NCBI GenBank assembly: GCA_048940445.1
Contig: JBHLON010000044.1
Span: 1-22,267 of the forward strand
Direction: 5' to 3'
Source of the DNA: Promethearchaeota archaeon
GTDB taxonomy: Archaea; Asgardarchaeota; Lokiarchaeia; Sigyniarchaeales; SOKP01
Length of the DNA: 22,267 bases
Shown here: piece by piece, positions 17,858 to 22,267 of the stretch
How positions within the stretch are numbered: position 1 is the first letter of the stretch
Layout of the letters: every line of letters begins with the position of its first letter
Translations under genes and position numbers: made by a program
Notes under the pieces: generated by a model
What the model was told of the DNA's origin: nothing
The model's input: only the letters and a program-made list of their open reading frames with translations
The model's database searches: none

Positions 17858-18982
17858 TCAATTATTTAATCTTAATTTTGTTATAATATCGGTTAGAACT
17901 TTTAACATTTCTTCAAGTTCATTTACTGTAATTTCTCCCATATGTCCTATTCTAAATGTTTTACCTTTTAGTGAACCATATCCATCTACAATTCGATATC
18001 CCTCGTCTAAAAGTATAGATACCATTTTCTTAGTATCAATATTCAAGGAATTTTTCATTGTTGATACGGTATTCGAACAGAATTCTTCTTTAATAGGAAA
18101 CATTTCTAAGTTCATATCTCGAGCCCACATTCTTGTGCGTTTACCTAATTGAGTATGTCTCTCAAATCGTTTTTCTATGCCTTCTTTATTTAAGATATAA
18201 TCTAATTGTGCTACTAAGCTTCTAATCTGGGCTATTGGAGGGGTATTTGGGGTTTGATTTGCTTTATTGCTCTTTAGCATAACTTCAAAATCAAAATAAT
18301 AACCTCTATTTGCTACTTTTGAAGTTTTTTCGATTGCATCTTCTGAAATAGAAAAAACAGCAATTCCAGGAGGTAAAGCAAAACACTTTTGGACTGAGGC
18401 TAAACATACATCGATGCCCAACTTATCAACTTCAACTTTCACCCCTGCCATTGATGAAGTAGCATCCACACATACTAATGCTCCATTTTCTTTGAGAATT
18501 GGAACCACTTCATCAATGGGATTGTATATACCGGTAGATGTTTCACACGCTTGAATAAAGACAGCAGAATATTTCTCCTTCTTAAATATTGATTTAACAA
18601 ATTCAGGAGTTATGGCATCTCCCCATTCAACTCCTTCTTTTACAGCATTCTTTCCATTTGAAACCCCAATCTGATACCACCTATCACCAAAGGCTCCAAT
18701 CGATAAGAACAAAGCCTTCTCATCATTATTAACTAAATTTCTTACACAAGCTTCCATGACTCCAGTAGCACTTGAAGTAGAGATTAAGCAATCATTTTTA
18801 GTATATAATAATTTCTTTAGCCCTTCTACAGCTTTTTGATGCATATCAAAATAAGGTTGGGATCGATGTGTATCATTAGGTTTTGCCATTTCTTTTAATA
18901 TTCTGTCTGGGACATAAACTGGACCGGGAGTAAACAGTTTTAACTGTGAACCTTTATCTTTATTAAAATGAATTTCGGGCAT
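17858..18982 (-). CDS. Class V PLP aminotransferase (alanine-glyoxylate/serine-pyruvate family; probable archaeal-type phosphoserine aminotransferase)
   Basis: LFTPGP, ETSTG, VDATSS, SVQKCFALPPG (PLP lysine) and FRIGHMG; directly upstream of serA on the same strand. Confidence 0.88.
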   Translation of the reverse strand: MPEIHFNKDKGSQLKLFTPGPVYVPDRILKEMAKPNDTHRSQPYFDMHQKAVEGLKKLLYTKNDCLISTSSATGVMEACVRNLVNNDEKALFLSIGAFGDRWYQIGVSNGKNAVKEGVEWGDAITPEFVKSIFKKEKYSAVFIQACETSTGIYNPIDEVVPILKENGALVCVDATSSMAGVKVEVDKLGIDVCLASVQKCFALPPGIAVFSISEDAIEKTSKVANRGYYFDFEVMLKSNKANQTPNTPPIAQIRSLVAQLDYILNKEGIEKRFERHTQLGKRTRMWARDMNLEMFPIKEEFCSNTVSTMKNSLNIDTKKMVSILLDEGYRIVDGYGSLKGKTFRIGHMGEITVNELEEMLKVLTDIITKLRLNN

Positions 18983-19058
18983 AATGGCTTTATATCTTAG
19001 ATTAGTTAAAAATTTTTAGTTAGATTAAAAAAAAGAAAATAACGATTTACGTTAACCT

Positions 19059-19739
19059 TTACTTTTTGACAAGCTTATCCAATTCTATCTTTCGATTGAC
19101 ATCATATTCAGAAGTATCATCTAAAATATAGAAGAAATACTTAACATTTTTTAAACGCAAAGGTAAATTATATTCGCTCAAATACATAATAGCACGAGAA
19201 ATAACATTAATTAATAGGCAGATTGGAAGTGATATTATATTAAAAAGGAAGAACTTTTCTGCTGAAGCAAATGCCATGATTGTAAGAATAATTGTTGCAC
19301 TTCCAGCTAAGATGTTTATTAGACGATATTTGAAAAGATATTCCTGTATAATTATGCCTTTAATTATTCCGGCCATACCTATAAGTAATGTAGGGAAAGT
19401 TAAGAGGTAAATTAATTGAGCTAAACCTACATTGGGGTAAGAAAAGAGAAAATCTAACATAAAGAAACTAAAAATAGTAAAAGCTATTCCAAAAATAATA
19501 TGCAATACATTTAAAGATTTCGCTCTACGCTTTTTGAAAAAACCTTTAACTATCTTGTATATTCCAAAAAAGAAAAGAGATACTAATGGATATACAATAA
19601 TAGACATTAACGCAATCAAGCTTAAAAATAAAGCTAAAACAAGGAAAGACCCAAATAATATAATTGAAATAACATTATCAGCACGTATTTTCTGTTTAAG
19701 CATTACATTTTCAATAATATAACTCATAGAAAAATCCAC
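19059..19739 (-). CDS. Multi-pass membrane protein (DUF308/HdeD-like)
   Basis: About 6 hydrophobic helices with repeated 'GI..I.KG' and 'I..G' patterns. Confidence 0.55.
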   Translation of the reverse strand: MDFSMSYIIENVMLKQKIRADNVISIILFGSFLVLALFLSLIALMSIIVYPLVSLFFFGIYKIVKGFFKKRRAKSLNVLHIIFGIAFTIFSFFMLDFLFSYPNVGLAQLIYLLTFPTLLIGMAGIIKGIIIQEYLFKYRLINILAGSATIILTIMAFASAEKFFLFNIISLPICLLINVISRAIMYLSEYNLPLRLKNVKYFFYILDDTSEYDVNRKIELDKLVKK

Positions 19740-19850
19740 CTAAATAAAATAATAATTTTGAAAACTTATTAAATTATTTAGTGAATCAGTTCTTAAAAAT
19801 TCGCTTCTAATAAATATAAATGTAGTCTATAAATTTACTAAAAATAAAGT

Positions 19851-20786
19851 TTAAAAGAATATTATAATATAATTCCCAAAAATAATTAATATAACAGCTA
19901 CTAAAAATCGTTTGCGAAATTTCTCCCTCAAAAAAATAATAGAAAAAATTTGTTGAACCATAGGAGTATTGGCAGTAATAGTAGAGGTTAAAACTAAACC
20001 ATTTATCTCGGCAGCCTTAATAAATACGGCGTCTGCTAAACCTAAAGATAAAATCCCTGCTAATCCTATGAGCACAAAATATTTTATGTTTTTTCGATTT
20101 TCCTTTTTAAAACCATCATAATATCCTTTCTGGAAAGTTCCTAATATTGCTATAGCAATAAAACTAAATACTACCCTAAAAAAGTTAGAAACAAATATAT
20201 CACCCGTCAATATTCGTGCCTGATTAAACGAGACATAAGCCACCGCCCAAAAAAAAGCGGTACCAATTGCTAATAATACTCCTAAAATTAAATCTTCAGA
20301 AATCTTCTCTTTAAAACTTCTCTTTGCTTTCAATTTTTCAGTTTTATCTTTAGAGCTTAATATAAATACACTTGATAATATCAAAAGCCCTCCAATGAGT
20401 ATCCAAATGGTTACTTCTTCTGAAAATAATATAAAGGAAAATGGATATACAAATATCAATGATAATTGGGTGAGAGGATAAGCTCTGGACGCATCTATTT
20501 TCTTTAAAGACATATAATAAAATAAATCTCCAATTGTTACGCTTAAACCAGAAATTAAACATACTAGCAAATATATTAATAATTCTCCATTGGTCATATC
20601 TTTAAGAAATAAATAACTCCCAAAAAGTAATGATATTAAAAAGGTACTCAGACTTACACAACAAAGCCTAAAGAATAAATTAGCTTTTGGTTGAGTTTTT
20701 CTAAGCCCCCATTTGTACACCAAAGACGCTAAAGCCCATGTAAATAGTGCGTCTAATGCTAATATATATCCAATTAATTCAGCCAT
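19851..20786 (-). CDS. DMT/EamA family transporter
   Basis: Two 5-TM repeats; YMSLKKIDASRAYPL, LFSEEV and FLREKF motifs. Confidence 0.9.
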   Translation of the reverse strand: MAELIGYILALDALFTWALASLVYKWGLRKTQPKANLFFRLCCVSLSTFLISLLFGSYLFLKDMTNGELLIYLLVCLISGLSVTIGDLFYYMSLKKIDASRAYPLTQLSLIFVYPFSFILFSEEVTIWILIGGLLILSSVFILSSKDKTEKLKAKRSFKEKISEDLILGVLLAIGTAFFWAVAYVSFNQARILTGDIFVSNFFRVVFSFIAIAILGTFQKGYYDGFKKENRKNIKYFVLIGLAGILSLGLADAVFIKAAEINGLVLTSTITANTPMVQQIFSIIFLREKFRKRFLVAVILIIFGNYIIIFF

Positions 20787-20848
20787 TATTTAGAAGATCT
20801 AGTTTTATCAATTCTTTATTCGTCTTTTTTAAAATATTAGTAATATAA

Positions 20849-21466
20849 TCAACTAACTTTAATCAACAGGTAAATTGAGATACTCAGAATCCAAACTCCT
20901 ATTGTAAAAGTCATTATCCATTCAATTAAAGGTATCCATGTAAATAAAAACAAAATGATAACTATGATAACCAAGAATCCCAGATAAGAAAGAGCCCGGG
21001 GAAACTGATCACTATGAAAAAAAATAACACTAAATATCAATAAATAAGAAATTGCGGTAATCATACAAATCAAAAAGAAAATTCCGTGTAAATAATAGGA
21101 TAATATATTATATGATGATGATGGAAATGCGCCAATCAATGAAAAAAGCATACATGAAATTAATGCTGAACTGATTGCGATTCTTTTAAGATTATTATTC
21201 CCTTTTTCCTTTCTTAACCTCCTGTCTATATGAATATAGAGAGGAACAGCTAAAATCCCCGATAAAATAACCCCCAAATTAAAAAATATTGATCCGGGAG
21301 AATTTTCCCCTCCTAACCAACTTATCATGTTATTAAAATCGAATCCAGAATATAAAATAAAAGCAATAATAATCCCTGAAAAATAGACAATTACAGATAT
21401 TAATCCAAATAAAGGTCCAAATATAAGATTTATGAATTCATTTTTATATCTTCTTTTATCTGTCAT
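20849..21466 (-). CDS. DUF998 (Frag1/DRAM/Sfk1-like) membrane protein
   Basis: NMISWLG, IFFNLG, IGAFP, LHG and LIEW motifs. Confidence 0.75.
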   Translation of the reverse strand: MTDKRRYKNEFINLIFGPLFGLISVIVYFSGIIIAFILYSGFDFNNMISWLGGENSPGSIFFNLGVILSGILAVPLYIHIDRRLRKEKGNNNLKRIAISSALISCMLFSLIGAFPSSSYNILSYYLHGIFFLICMITAISYLLIFSVIFFHSDQFPRALSYLGFLVIIVIILFLFTWIPLIEWIMTFTIGVWILSISIYLLIKVS

Positions 21467-21703
21467 TTTTCTATTACTTTAGGTTTTCATTTTTATTTTT
21501 AAGATAAATTCTCTTACAAAATGAAGAATCATGTTAGTAATGTGAGAAATGTATTTATAAATTCAATTTTTATTTTCAAAATAAGTTTATGGTTATTGAA
21601 GATTATCCCACTATATTATGAATTTAATGAATTAGTTTTAATGAAATAAAATTTATTAAAAATTACGAAAAAATTATTAAAACAATAGTAATTTTAAACA
21701 ATT

Positions 21704-22267
21704 ATGAGAAATGAAGATATCTTAAAACCTTCTAAATCAGTGTTCTTAAAAGATAATGAACAGACTTCTCTAGATAACAATGAGGTTCTTACATATAAAA
21801 CTGGAACTACAACTGTAGGGTTGATTTGTAAAGATGCTGTTATCCTTGGTACGGATAAAAGAGCTACGATGGCTTATTTTGTAGCAAGTAAAACCTCTGA
21901 AAAACTTCACAAAATTCAAGATTTTCTTTACATGACCATTGCAGGTAGTGTAGCAGATGCATTATATCTTGTGGATATATTAAAAGCGGAAACAACCTTA
22001 TATCAGTTAAAACATGAAAAACCAGTTAAAGTAAAATCAGCAGCTAGATTATTAAGTAATATATTATATCAAAATAAATTATTTCCTTTCGAAGTTGGGC
22101 TAATACTTGGAGGAGTAACTGAAGAAGAAGGTCCTACTTTATTGGATATTGGAGCTTATGGATCAATTCTCCCTGAAAAATTTTGTGCAATTGGAAGTGG
22201 GCAAAACTTTTCCTATGGTGTTTTAGAAGCAAAGTATAAAGATAATCTTACTGCTAAAGAAGGAAAG
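21704..22267 (+). CDS. psmB: Proteasome subunit beta (runs off the window's right edge)
   Basis: Not in the ORF track. ATG 21704 gives MRNEDILKPS...YKTG|TTTVGLICKDAVILGTDKRATM...TIAGSVADA...AIGSG, with catalytic Thr1 at 21806. Confidence 0.96.
   Translation, partial: MRNEDILKPSKSVFLKDNEQTSLDNNEVLTYKTGTTTVGLICKDAVILGTDKRATMAYFVASKTSEKLHKIQDFLYMTIAGSVADALYLVDILKAETTLYQLKHEKPVKVKSAARLLSNILYQNKLFPFEVGLILGGVTEEEGPTLLDIGAYGSILPEKFCAIGSGQNFSYGVLEAKYKDNLTAKEGK

Noticed and set aside
19534-20562. ORFs 19534..19722 and 20350..20562
   Set aside because: Antisense or alternative-frame overlaps of longer, coherent membrane-protein genes.

Overview
AT-rich archaeal chromosomal window, most consistent with an Asgard archaeon of the Lokiarchaeia type. 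This lineage call is inference from the archaeal proteasome beta subunit, a BHB-intron tRNA, an archaeal-type SepF and a stand-alone uDENN/longin-like protein. From left to right it holds: a partial SepF-like gene; a DUF35 / Cys-less thiolase / Cys-less thiolase / DUF35 operon resembling the Ltp4-Ltp3 retro-aldolase module; GH13 alpha-glucosidase; nitroreductase; PAP2 phosphatase; a 2TM protein plus PadR-Zn-ribbon pair; a 699-aa doubly anchored repeat glycoprotein; a DUF4332-transglutaminase fusion; a tRNA-Leu(UAA) interrupted by two non-canonical D-arm introns; a longin-like protein; a coiled-coil/winged-helix protein; MGMT; DUF1015 converging on an aminotransferase-serA pair; three membrane proteins; and a partial psmB. 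No mobile element or CRISPR array was seen. The best leads are the double-intron tRNA (shown directly by the sequence), the DUF1015 serine module, the Ltp3/Ltp4-like operon and the CD36-topology repeat protein. All family assignments come from motif recognition, not database searches.
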